Assembly (NCBI GenBank): GCA_048938385.1
Contig: JBHLMG010000001.1
Span: forward strand, 12,153 to 76,152
Length of the DNA stretch: 64,000 nt
Source: Promethearchaeota archaeon
GTDB lineage: Archaea; Asgardarchaeota; Hermodarchaeia; Hermodarchaeales; Hermodarchaeaceae
Direction: 5' to 3'
The notes under the pieces were generated by a model. It had not been told where the DNA came from. It searched no databases and saw only the letters and a program-made list of their open reading frames with translations. Every line of letters starts with the position of its first letter. Position 1 is the first letter of the stretch. Positions 17,446 to 26,379 of the stretch are shown piece by piece. The position numbers and the translations under genes were made by a program.

Positions 17446-17483
17446 GGGGAGGGGGGTTAGTAGGGGTCTGTGGGTCGTGCGGG
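17446..17483 (+). other. G-quadruplex-forming motif GGGGAGGGGGGTTAGTAGGGGTCTGTGGGTCGTGCGGG
   Basis: Five G-runs of 3-6 nt with loops of 1-6 nt, read directly. Unusual in this AT-rich intergenic context. Lies about 380 bp upstream of the second orc1/cdc6. Confidence 0.45.
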
Positions 17484-17863
17484 ATACATTGTAGTTGATG
17501 CCTCCGTTGAGTTGCGTGTTCATCAAAGGCTTCTGGAAATCTGTTTTAAACCACAGCAAGTTGGATACAAAGAACTGGTCGGCACAGCGAAATCTTGGTC
17601 TCTTTTTTTCGTTAAGTTATCTTCAAATTCAGGAAATGTCTGGAATCTATAAACCTCTGTAACCTCATTTTACAAAGAAGTCTAAGAACTCCAAGTTTTT
17701 GTCATTTTTTTACAAGTTCCCGCTAGCATCTACAAAACAGCAAGTATGATTGGGGATTTGGGTCGCTTTGCTACGGAATACTTGACTTCACTTATCGCTA
17801 GCTCTGTCTTGGCTTTTATTACGCCCGTTCAATGTTGAATTCACAGCGAATGGAGTACACAGG

Positions 17864-19099
17864 ATGGAGATCATTCGGCACGAGTTGAAACGCCCGTCGG
17901 TGTTCGTCAATGAAGCGAAGCTCTCAATCGACTATGTTCCACCGAACCTGCCCCATCGTGAGGAACACCTACGCAAGTTAACTCAATTGTTTCGCGGGGT
18001 CATCGAAGCCCCAGGTCGCGTATCCCAAAAGGCGCTCATCATAGGAGACACTGGGTCAGGGAAAACCTCCGTGGCCAAGCTGTTTGGCAAGTTCATTACC
18101 GATGTCGCTCAGAGCCACGGGATAAGACTAATCTATGTGCATGTGAATGCACGACGCGAACGCACCGAATATATGATTTTGAACAGAATTGCCGGTGCAC
18201 TGCAACCGGGCCTTCCATTGCGGGGCTTGTCCACACAAGAGCTTCTTGCCATCATATTAGATTACATCGAAGCTAACGATGTGTACTTGCTAGTAACGCT
18301 CGATGAGCTCGGCGTCTTCCTTAAACGCCAAGGCGAAGAGCTGCTCTATCTGCTCTCGCGCACCGTTGATGACCAACTTAACGCCCAACAACGCATCTCC
18401 TTGATTGGAATCAGCCGAACCCCGCTCTTCGGGTACATCCTCGATCCGAGTACTTGGAGTACCTTGCAAAAGAATCTAATCCAGTTCAACCGCTATGACT
18501 CCCGTCAACTGCGGGATATTCTCACCTTTCGTATTAAAGACGCTTTTCTCGATGGCGCCGTTCCAGCCAGTACCCTAGACCTCATCGCCGACATCGCAGG
18601 AACCTTTGGGGATGCACGTTACGCCTTGGAACTGCTCTACAACGCAGGCAAAATGGCCGACGAGAAGGGGGTGCTGCGGATCTTGCCTGAGTATGTACGC
18701 AGTGCCAAAGCCTTCATTACGCCCGAAGTACGGCGCGAAGTACTCCATGACCTGTCCCTCCATCAAAAACTCCTCCTATTGGCGGTCTGCCGTGTACTCA
18801 AACCGTCTGAGGATGCCTATGCGACCATGGGGGAAGTCGAAACACGATATGGACTAGTTAGTGAAGAGTACGGACACACTCCCCGGTCACATACCCAAGT
18901 CTGGTCTTATGTGCAGGAACTCGTGGGATTAGGAATTCTTACCTCAAAAATTTCTGGCGAGGGGCAGCGTGGGAAAACAACGCTAATCGGGCTTCCTGAT
19001 ATTCCCGCAGAAGCCTTAGAGAGTGAACTTGAACTCCACATCAACAACAAACGGCGAGGTGCTACGCATGATCGACGGTTCAGATACCGCTATGCTTGA
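17864..19099 (+). CDS. orc1: Orc1/Cdc6 replication initiator (copy 2)
   Basis: ORF track, 411 aa. YVPPNLPHREEHL, Walker A ALIIGDTGSGKTSV, Walker B LLVTLDEL, sensor GDARYALELL, C-terminal winged helix (SGEGQRGKTTLI). Confidence 0.9.
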   Translation: MEIIRHELKRPSVFVNEAKLSIDYVPPNLPHREEHLRKLTQLFRGVIEAPGRVSQKALIIGDTGSGKTSVAKLFGKFITDVAQSHGIRLIYVHVNARRERTEYMILNRIAGALQPGLPLRGLSTQELLAIILDYIEANDVYLLVTLDELGVFLKRQGEELLYLLSRTVDDQLNAQQRISLIGISRTPLFGYILDPSTWSTLQKNLIQFNRYDSRQLRDILTFRIKDAFLDGAVPASTLDLIADIAGTFGDARYALELLYNAGKMADEKGVLRILPEYVRSAKAFITPEVRREVLHDLSLHQKLLLLAVCRVLKPSEDAYATMGEVETRYGLVSEEYGHTPRSHTQVWSYVQELVGLGILTSKISGEGQRGKTTLIGLPDIPAEALESELELHINNKRRGATHDRRFRYRYA

Positions 19100-19388
19100 A
19101 CAGTTATCCGAACACCGTCCAATCCCAGTAGAACAGCTCTTCTCGTCCCGTGGACGCACCAAGATTATCCGGTTATTGGCTGAGTGTGGGGAGCTCAATA
19201 TCTCCGAGATCGCCCGGAGGACGCAGCTCAACCACAGTACCACCCGACGCCATCTTCAATTTCTAGAACGGGCCAAGCTTGTCCAGGAGAAAACCTTCGG
19301 GCGAATTCGTATCTACCGGTACAAAATCGAAAACCTCCGTGCCCTGGCACTGCGTCGCTTCATTGAACTGTGGGAAAAATCTGAGTAA
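19068..19388 (+). CDS. ArsR-family winged-helix regulator
   Basis: ORF track 19023-19388. SRGRTKIIRLLAECGELNISEIARRTQLNHSTTRRHLQFLERAKLV is an ArsR/SmtB-type HTH. I prefer ATG 19068 (or ATG 19092, which overlaps the orc1 stop as ATGCTTGA). Confidence 0.75.
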   Translation: MIDGSDTAMLEQLSEHRPIPVEQLFSSRGRTKIIRLLAECGELNISEIARRTQLNHSTTRRHLQFLERAKLVQEKTFGRIRIYRYKIENLRALALRRFIELWEKSE

Positions 19389-19393
19389 ATCGC

Positions 19394-20623
19394 TCAGTCT
19401 TTGAGAATGAACTGCACGAGTTCACTTGGTAACTCCAGCTCCGTTATCACTGTCTTTTTGGTAGCTGCGTTCTCGAGCAGGGCTTTGAGAAGAAGGACAT
19501 ACTCTTCGTAGGCTTTCTTAGAGGAAAGGTGAACGATCGGTGATAGGAGTTGCCCGATTAGGGCGCGTTTTTGGCGTTGGCTTCGAGAAAAGCCCATTTG
19601 CCGAATCCATTCAGGAAACTTGTATTCAGGAGGATTAGGTGTGGGAGATCCGTTGGTCAGTGAACCTGTGATGCACATGAGCTCTTTGGAGTAGGGGAGG
19701 AGTCGCCAGTTTTGAGTCCGACTGATTCGACGATAAAAAATACTGGCTTTTGAAAGCAAGTCGAACGCTTTCACCTGCTGCTTGATATCGCGAAACACAA
19801 AGGGCACATTGTTACTTACCCAGCGGATTAGCTCATCTGGGTAGACATCGGTTTGATTAGCTGCAAAAATGGCTTGATTCCAATTTTCAGCATAGAAGAT
19901 GCGGTTAAGTGCTTCGTCAAGATCGATTATCCGATCTCGTCCTTTCAGAAATTCAGATACTGACGCATCAGTTATGGATTTCTCTGTTTTGCTCACACTT
20001 TGTAAGTCGTTTATAGCGGCTCGAAGATCGCCACGGGATTGGGTAGCAATAGTCTGTAGGGCTGATTCATCGAAGGAAAGCTTCTCTTTTCTGCAAATTC
20101 GTTCTAGTAATTTTGTCGTTTCTGAGATTGTGGGTGGTTGGAACTCAAAGTGTATACACAATTGTAACAATGAGCGTATTTTCGAGTCAGAGGTGTCGGT
20201 AGTTACTAAAATCATGGGAACGCGGGTTATTGGAATGTAATCTTTTAGGGCTGAAGCTGCGCCTCGGTCAGAACGCCCGCTAAGTCCTGCCAATTCGTCA
20301 ACTAAAACTAGTCTCCCCTTTGTTTGTGTGAGAGTTGTCATCATGGTCGCGTTTTTTAATAATTCGTTCATCATTTTCTTGCTGCGTTTCACCGTAGCGT
20401 TAATCTCGCTTACTTCAAAACCGAGTTCTCGAGCGATAGTATAAACTGCAATGGTTTTACCCACACCAGGAGGACCATAGAGAAGGAGTGCTCGTCGGGT
20501 TCGAGATGCGCTTTTCGGCCAATTAGATAGCCAATCTGTAATCTGTTGAATAACGGAGTCGTTACCTATGAGATCCTGTATCTTTTGAGGTGCGTATTTT
20601 TCTACCCAAGGTTGGTCTTTCAT
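19394..20623 (-). CDS. rfcL: replication factor C large subunit
   Basis: ORF track, 409 aa. WVEKYAPQKIQDLIGN, Walker A LLLYGPPGVGKT, Walker B LVLVDE. The start overlaps the rfcS stop as ATGA. Confidence 0.88.
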   Translation of the reverse strand: MKDQPWVEKYAPQKIQDLIGNDSVIQQITDWLSNWPKSASRTRRALLLYGPPGVGKTIAVYTIARELGFEVSEINATVKRSKKMMNELLKNATMMTTLTQTKGRLVLVDELAGLSGRSDRGAASALKDYIPITRVPMILVTTDTSDSKIRSLLQLCIHFEFQPPTISETTKLLERICRKEKLSFDESALQTIATQSRGDLRAAINDLQSVSKTEKSITDASVSEFLKGRDRIIDLDEALNRIFYAENWNQAIFAANQTDVYPDELIRWVSNNVPFVFRDIKQQVKAFDLLSKASIFYRRISRTQNWRLLPYSKELMCITGSLTNGSPTPNPPEYKFPEWIRQMGFSRSQRQKRALIGQLLSPIVHLSSKKAYEEYVLLLKALLENAATKKTVITELELPSELVQFILKD

Positions 20624-21594
20624 TGTGATTTTTCACTCATTGTTCCTAATAAGGAAAAATTAGCTAAAATGTAACTTAGCTGAATTTCTGGGTCTGCCCC
20701 CTCGGTGAGCCGGAATTCAGCTTCTCCAACTAGACCAACCAATCGCACCTTTACCTCCTCAGCTATCCCCAGTCTTAGGACCTCGCGATGAATTTGTCGA
20801 ATGATATCAGTTCCTGAAAGACCTTGCCAGACCAGGAGATTCCTGAGTTTATTTTGGGCTTCAAGGAAATTTCCATTCAAAGCTAAGTTGATTAGTTGAC
20901 TAATATCTTCAGGTCGGGCTTTACCAGTTGTGTCGTATACTGAATCAGCATCAACTTCTCTTTTCTTTACTGCTGAAGCCTGTAAGACGTTAATTGCTCG
21001 GCGCAAGTCCCCCCCTGAAACATAGAGAATAGCTTCCATACCCTCATCGGTCACCTTGACTTTCTCTTTTTTAGCGATATTAGTTACCATTTCCTTGATG
21101 TCTTTTTCATCTAATCTAGGAAATCGAAAAATTGCACAACGTGATTGTATGGGTTCAATAATCCGGCTTGAATAGTTACAAATCAAACAGAACCGACATG
21201 TGGTAACGAATCGCTCCATGGTTCGACGAAGGGCATGCTGTGCATCACGAGTGAGACTATCGGCTTCATCTAACGAGATTATTTTGTAAGGAAATTCACC
21301 TAAGGGGCGTGTTCGTGCAAAGGTCTTCACACGATTCCGTATTACATCGATCCCCCGGTCATCACTGGCGTTGAGCTCTAAAAAGTTTCCAGAGAATTGT
21401 GGTCCAAATAGTTCATGGGCAAAAGCAAGAATGGCAGTCGTTTTTCCTGTTCCTGCGGGTCCTGAAAATAACAGGTGTGGAAGATCTCGTTCAATGAGGA
21501 ATTGCTTTAGTCGTTCGGTTATCGGCTCTTGACCGATTATCTCCTCAAGTTTCTTTGGTCGATATTTCTCTGTCCACATCCAATGTTCTGACAA
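20620..21594 (-). CDS. rfcS: replication factor C small subunit
   Basis: ORF track, 324 aa. WTEKYRPKKLEEIIGQ, LLFSGPAGTGKTT, IISLDEADSLT, SRC motif PIQSRCAIFRF. No intein-sized insertion. Confidence 0.92.
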   Translation of the reverse strand: MSEHWMWTEKYRPKKLEEIIGQEPITERLKQFLIERDLPHLLFSGPAGTGKTTAILAFAHELFGPQFSGNFLELNASDDRGIDVIRNRVKTFARTRPLGEFPYKIISLDEADSLTRDAQHALRRTMERFVTTCRFCLICNYSSRIIEPIQSRCAIFRFPRLDEKDIKEMVTNIAKKEKVKVTDEGMEAILYVSGGDLRRAINVLQASAVKKREVDADSVYDTTGKARPEDISQLINLALNGNFLEAQNKLRNLLVWQGLSGTDIIRQIHREVLRLGIAEEVKVRLVGLVGEAEFRLTEGADPEIQLSYILANFSLLGTMSEKSQ

Positions 21595-21667
21595 TTAGAA
21601 GACCTCCTGCTGATTGGGGGTTGCTTTGCGATTAAGGTTTCGTCTCCACTAAGAATGTGTGTAGTGC

Positions 21668-22786
21668 TCAGTGGGCTACGATTCGGTTTGTTGACCGTTT
21701 CATTCGCCAGCTAATAAGTGTAGTAGTGACTGTTATACAACTTAGCGTAATGATCCCAATTTGCTGGAGTAGTAGAGCTAGACCAAGTGGTGGAGTTAGG
21801 TCTATAGTGTGTGAAAATGGATTAATTAAGGAATTGGGGAGAATTCCAATTATTTCTTCGGCACAAGAGTATCCAATACTACCATTGTAGCGTAAAATGA
21901 TAAACTGGTTCTCATAAAGTTGGTCAAGCAAGTTTATCAAATTGATAAAAAAGGATCCATCTGGTTCGGTTCGTACCAATCCCATGGCTACCCTTGATTC
22001 TTGAAGAATTTCGATGGAGGCATTGGCAATTCCCTCACCCGAGGTATGACACAATCGGCCTTGGATTTCAAAACCGCGGTCTCTTTGCCAGAACGCAGGA
22101 AGCCCAACGAAGTATGTAGATGAGTTATGAATTACAAAGGGTATCGTATTTGCTGTACCATTGTAATACCCATAGCCTAGACTCTGAATTGTGAAAACTA
22201 TCGGGGCGGTGTCATTAACATTTACTGTGTAATTGAATGTGAGAGATCCGTTCATAGGAGTTACTGCTTGATTGAGAAGCTGATTAGGTTCCTTTAGTAG
22301 CTGGACAGTGATGTTCGCCATTGGAAACATATGATCGTCTTGGATGAGAACATGAAAGAATAGCTGCTGTCCAATGTTCACCTTCGAACCTACAGGCTGG
22401 CCATTTGCGTCCTTGACACTAATGGTTGTGTGTATCTGGGCGTAGATCGTGATTGGAATTGGTACCATGCTTGGTAGCAGAAATCGTTCAGGGTCACCAC
22501 GGAAGGTTGCATTGAGTTGAGCTATCCCAAGTGGATGTGTTAGCGGGATTAACCAGATAAAAGTCGCATGTCCTGTTATATTCGTCAGGGCAGTTCCGAG
22601 TAGCGTGTTTTGTTGTTCATGGAAAAAGTGAACGGTAGCGTTATCAATTGGGTTACCGCTCAGGTCGCGGAGTTGAACGGTTAGAGTTAGATCGGTGCCT
22701 CTGAAGGTGCTAATGGCAGGGGAAGGTAGAGGAACAGATGGGCTAATGACCATCGAGAAGAGTAAAATCACTAAGAGTACACGCAT
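21668..22786 (-). CDS. secreted/membrane-anchored protein with Ig-like (carboxypeptidase-regulatory-like) repeats
   Basis: ORF track, 372 aa. N-terminal signal-like MRVLLVILLFSMVISP and a C-terminal TM (LALLLQQIGIITLSCITV). Repeated pattern V.L.D..G.PI.NA.V.F. Many N-x-S/T sequons. Confidence 0.6.
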   Translation of the reverse strand: MRVLLVILLFSMVISPSVPLPSPAISTFRGTDLTLTVQLRDLSGNPIDNATVHFFHEQQNTLLGTALTNITGHATFIWLIPLTHPLGIAQLNATFRGDPERFLLPSMVPIPITIYAQIHTTISVKDANGQPVGSKVNIGQQLFFHVLIQDDHMFPMANITVQLLKEPNQLLNQAVTPMNGSLTFNYTVNVNDTAPIVFTIQSLGYGYYNGTANTIPFVIHNSSTYFVGLPAFWQRDRGFEIQGRLCHTSGEGIANASIEILQESRVAMGLVRTEPDGSFFINLINLLDQLYENQFIILRYNGSIGYSCAEEIIGILPNSLINPFSHTIDLTPPLGLALLLQQIGIITLSCITVTTTLISWRMKRSTNRIVAH

Positions 22787-22788
22787 GT

Positions 22789-24300
22789 CTAAAACCCCTC
22801 GTTGCTGCGCTGCTCTTGCCAGGACTCCTTCGTCTTGACATCAAAGGCAGTGAACCCTTCTTCTTGGACAATCGTTGGTTCGTGCCATGTCCAACAGCTT
22901 CGCTCAAAATCAAAAGTGTCAAACGATAATGGCCAACCACCAATTTCAGGACCTGCAAGAGAGATGTCAGCTTGAGTGTGAAGGTATTTGGCAAGGTAGT
23001 ACCGCATCAAGGCATACGAACCTGCCGGTAAGGTTGCATAAAGCAGTATTTCCTTACGACCACTATGATAGTCAGTAAGCTGCCGGGTCCACGCTTGAGG
23101 TAGTTCGTCGATAATTCCTACGAGTCGTGCATCGTGTTCACTTATCCTAATGAAAACATCCTCAATGAGTCCTACTCGTCTGAGCATGGGGTGTAACTGA
23201 ATGACGCCCAATTCAATTAACTTGCTTTTTCGGCGACTAGCCTGTGCAACACTAATTCGAGCGCTTTTCGCTAGCTTCTCTAGCTTAACACGGGCGTCCG
23301 ACATCAAAATAGGGATAATCTGTTTGTCTTTCTGATCTGGAATATAAAGGCGAGAAGGTTGCTTTGGTTCCTCTCTCTTCGCGAAGGAACCAGAACTTGT
23401 GCGTCCCGTGTGGAAAAGATGGGCACCTAGGAAGAGCTTTCTCCAATCGATGTTCCATCTTCCGGGTTTTACTTTATAATGGGTAAATCCTACAGTTTTA
23501 CCCAGGTCTTTCGCTAGGTAAAGCGTGTGTGCAGTGCCCAAACGCGTCTTGAGCGTCTTTGAACACGATCCGAGATGATCTTCAGGAACCACCATGAAAT
23601 ATAAGGTACTTCTTGAATTGCCAGAGAGTTCAATACGGGAAAGGAGGTATGGGCTTCTAATTGAGCTTTTCGTGTCATAAAATTCAACAAAGACTGGAAC
23701 TAAACCCAAACTTGGGTAGTGTACCTTCGCTATGATTTTACAGATGTTTAATCTCTGTAACCGTTTCCAACGGCGGCGGATCTTCTTCTCACCGACACGA
23801 AGCAGTCGCGAAACTTCAGGAATGGTCATTGTTGGCATTTGGCTCAGAGTCTGAATTATGCCAATATCAAGTGCTGTTAACCTGAAACTGGAAAATTTAC
23901 ACAGTTCAGTTGCCAGGATCCAAAACTGCTCCACAGTAAGGGGCGTTGTAGTGCACTGTGCGACTGATTGAAGCAATGGAACTATGCGTTCAAGAAATCG
24001 TCCGTCCAGTTTTCCATCCCAATCAAGGAAATCAGGCAATCCCCTATAGCCACCGGGTCCAAACGCGAAAGGAACCTTAAACTCAGTGAAAGAGGTGTCA
24101 AGGCAGCTTCGGAGCCAATCCAGTCTTCCTGCTAATTTGTTCTGAAAGAATTCGAGAAAATCGGCTCTTATCACTTGGGGCAAGATGGGGGGTAACCAGT
24201 GGTCTAGAATCCTGTCGGGGGTGGAAATGGCCGAATCGGGGATGTCTTGCCATGGTTTGCACTTAAGATGTTTGAAAGCCAAGTCTAGGTTGAGTCGCAT
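22789..24300 (-). CDS. lineage-specific paralogue 3 (tandem Lrp/AsnC-like modules)
   Basis: ORF track, 503 aa. LDGRFLERIV, PLTVEQF, HTH IGIIQTLSQMPTMTIPEVSRLLRVGEKKIRRRWKRLQRLNI followed by YPSLGLVPVFVEF, second HTH ISVAQASRRKSKLIELGVI, C-terminal TFDFERSCWTW. Collinear with paralogues 1 and 2. Confidence 0.55.
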   Translation of the reverse strand: MRLNLDLAFKHLKCKPWQDIPDSAISTPDRILDHWLPPILPQVIRADFLEFFQNKLAGRLDWLRSCLDTSFTEFKVPFAFGPGGYRGLPDFLDWDGKLDGRFLERIVPLLQSVAQCTTTPLTVEQFWILATELCKFSSFRLTALDIGIIQTLSQMPTMTIPEVSRLLRVGEKKIRRRWKRLQRLNICKIIAKVHYPSLGLVPVFVEFYDTKSSIRSPYLLSRIELSGNSRSTLYFMVVPEDHLGSCSKTLKTRLGTAHTLYLAKDLGKTVGFTHYKVKPGRWNIDWRKLFLGAHLFHTGRTSSGSFAKREEPKQPSRLYIPDQKDKQIIPILMSDARVKLEKLAKSARISVAQASRRKSKLIELGVIQLHPMLRRVGLIEDVFIRISEHDARLVGIIDELPQAWTRQLTDYHSGRKEILLYATLPAGSYALMRYYLAKYLHTQADISLAGPEIGGWPLSFDTFDFERSCWTWHEPTIVQEEGFTAFDVKTKESWQEQRSNEGF

Positions 24301-24368
24301 AAGTCCACATCAAAGGATTGCAGGCTTTGGTTCAAAAACCCCACAATACCAAGTCTTGAGAAGTAGAA

Positions 24369-25472
24369 TCAGCTTACAGACCGAAATTCCAAATCCAGCT
24401 TCTTTGCATGAGCGTATGCTTGATTCATTTCTTGAGAGGTAACTCGACGAGAAATGTCTTGGTATTTTTTAGGATTTTTAAGGACTTGCCATAAGGGGCG
24501 GTATTGTTGCATGATGTTTACGAGTGCTAAAGGCGTATTTTCTGCTATCCAGTCAAGAATTGGTAATACACAGCATTCGAGGTGGTTCGGTAGTACTAAA
24601 ACGCGAATGATCATCTCCGTGGTGCTCTTGTCGTAGGCGGTTTTGATGTTTCGAGTTACCACGGATGTGTAGTTATTCACATTAGAAATTCTTGAAGCAC
24701 ATTCATCAGATAGGTACTTGAGATCGGGAAGCCAAAAATCGATGACATCAATAAGTAGCTCCATTGCTTCGGGTGAGAGATACATGTTGGAATTCCAAAG
24801 CTGAGTTATATTGAACTGCTGCTTGCTCAATGACGAAAGGATGGTATGAAGGTGTGGAGTGGGATCTCCACCAACATAGTTAATGTTCTTGGCCCCTCGT
24901 GAAGCAAGTTCGTCTGCAATTTTTGCGAGTTGTTTTGGCGAAACAAGTTCTCCGTTTAATGGGTTACATGAAATATCGTAGTTTTGACAGTGTGCACAAC
25001 GCAAATTACATCCACTGAAAAAGATAGTACCTGATGGGACAAGAGGGGGTTCTTCACCGGTGTGCAAAAACGCTGAAGAGACATAGCTTGAGTGGCTCAC
25101 TTCACAGAAACCCAGATTCTTAGCCCGGTCTATATTGCATCGCCGGGCACAAAAATGACATTCGTGAAGTATTCGATTTGCAAGAACTGCTTTCAGATCA
25201 AGAAATGATGTTGAGGCAAGCTTTTGAGAAGGATCCAGCGTTTTGTTTGTTAGCGCTTCTAATTGTTTCTTGAATTCTTCTCGAATACGCTGATGAGTGT
25301 TCCAGAGATTTGCAATTGTTTCTACCGGGTCAAAATCAACAGGCGTATTGCGGGCGATAAGGTATTTGGCTGGAAGGCTGAGATCGATTATAGCCTTATA
25401 TCTCTGGAAGCGTTGAGTTACCAAAGGGTTCGCCCAAACAGTTATCGCGTCGCTCCTAGCCAGTCGCCACAT
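24369..25472 (-). CDS. radical SAM protein, PflX-like (pyruvate formate-lyase activase homologue)
   Basis: ORF track, 367 aa. CxxxCxxC cluster motif GCNLRCAHCQNYD preceded by an extra Cys-rich block CHFCARRCNIDR...GFC. Confidence 0.8.
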   Translation of the reverse strand: MWRLARSDAITVWANPLVTQRFQRYKAIIDLSLPAKYLIARNTPVDFDPVETIANLWNTHQRIREEFKKQLEALTNKTLDPSQKLASTSFLDLKAVLANRILHECHFCARRCNIDRAKNLGFCEVSHSSYVSSAFLHTGEEPPLVPSGTIFFSGCNLRCAHCQNYDISCNPLNGELVSPKQLAKIADELASRGAKNINYVGGDPTPHLHTILSSLSKQQFNITQLWNSNMYLSPEAMELLIDVIDFWLPDLKYLSDECASRISNVNNYTSVVTRNIKTAYDKSTTEMIIRVLVLPNHLECCVLPILDWIAENTPLALVNIMQQYRPLWQVLKNPKKYQDISRRVTSQEMNQAYAHAKKLDLEFRSVS

Positions 25473-25554
25473 ACCAGTTCCACTAGTATGTAACAGCGCT
25501 AGTGAGCGTTATTAATTCCCCCGTTCTTTTCAAATTCCATAAGATGAGGAGTTT

Positions 25555-25851
25555 TTGTATCCCCTCAAAAAAAGCATTGTAGGGTGTATAAATCTGTTAA
25601 TGCTTCAAGGATTGCAACTTCCTCTTCAAGGTCTTCTTGATCTGCTAATCTACTATCTTAATACAGGCTGGGGAATAGTTATCCTAATTGGAACATTTGC
25701 TTCAGCGATTCTTATTGCTGTAGGATTCATTTATTGGTGTACTGGTCTTAATCCCAAAAAAGGGAGAAAAATGGTAATTGGTGGAGTCATATTGTTTGTT
25801 ACTATGCAGTGGTTAGCTTTCAACACTCCTTGGCAGGTAATTCTTGGGTAA
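25555..25851 (+). CDS. small membrane protein (two predicted TM helices)
   Basis: ORF track, 98 aa, non-ATG start. Hydrophobic stretches GIVILIGTFASAILIAVGFIYW and VIGGVILFVTMQWLAF. No family recognised. Confidence 0.35.
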   Translation: MYPLKKSIVGCINLLMLQGLQLPLQGLLDLLIYYLNTGWGIVILIGTFASAILIAVGFIYWCTGLNPKKGRKMVIGGVILFVTMQWLAFNTPWQVILG

Positions 25852-25882
25852 ACTCACTTACAGGGCTTTTCGACTCTACACC

Positions 25883-26374
25883 TTACCTCGAAAAAGCTAA
25901 GCTTACCGCTTCTTTTGATGTTTGTGCGATATGAAGGTCTGAATGGGGAAATAATCCACGGTGTTGAATTATCATATCTGTGACACCCCCTGTGCCTTTA
26001 AGTAAAATCAACCGCTTTTGTACAGCGATAGCAAAACCAATTTCACTTAAAGTTCCACCAGATCCTGCAATACTGATGATCGCATCACTTGAGATGATAT
26101 TAAGGTAATTTCGGGCATAGCCAATTCCCGTAGCAATAGCAAAGTCAACATAGCGGTTGGCTACGCTGGCATCGCTTTCAGGGAGAATTCCAATAGTAAT
26201 TCCTTTTTCGCTTTTTGCACCCTTAGACGCTGCTTCCATTACCCCGTCTTTACCACCAGTAATTAGAACGGCTTTCTTCTTTGCTATTTCCTGTCCAACG
26301 CTTTCTGCAATCTGGAAGATCTTAGGTGAGATATTTCCGCTGCTCCCAATTACCGCAATCCGCTGCATCATCAT
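25883..26374 (-). CDS. TIGR00725/LOG-like Rossmann-fold nucleotide-binding protein
   Basis: ORF track, 163 aa. IAVIGSSGN, LITGGKDGVMEAASKGA, ISIAGSGGTLSEIGFAI match the LOG/DprA-like SLOG pattern. Confidence 0.7.
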   Translation of the reverse strand: MMMQRIAVIGSSGNISPKIFQIAESVGQEIAKKKAVLITGGKDGVMEAASKGAKSEKGITIGILPESDASVANRYVDFAIATGIGYARNYLNIISSDAIISIAGSGGTLSEIGFAIAVQKRLILLKGTGGVTDMIIQHRGLFPHSDLHIAQTSKEAVSLAFSR

Positions 26375-26379
26375 CCCTT

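Noticed and set aside
17427-17863. Search for ORB boxes upstream of the second orc1/cdc6.
   Set aside because: Only weak TCTGGAAAT and TCTGGAATC strings were found, with no CCAGTGGAAA dyad or repeated 21-mer. I therefore do not call a second origin.
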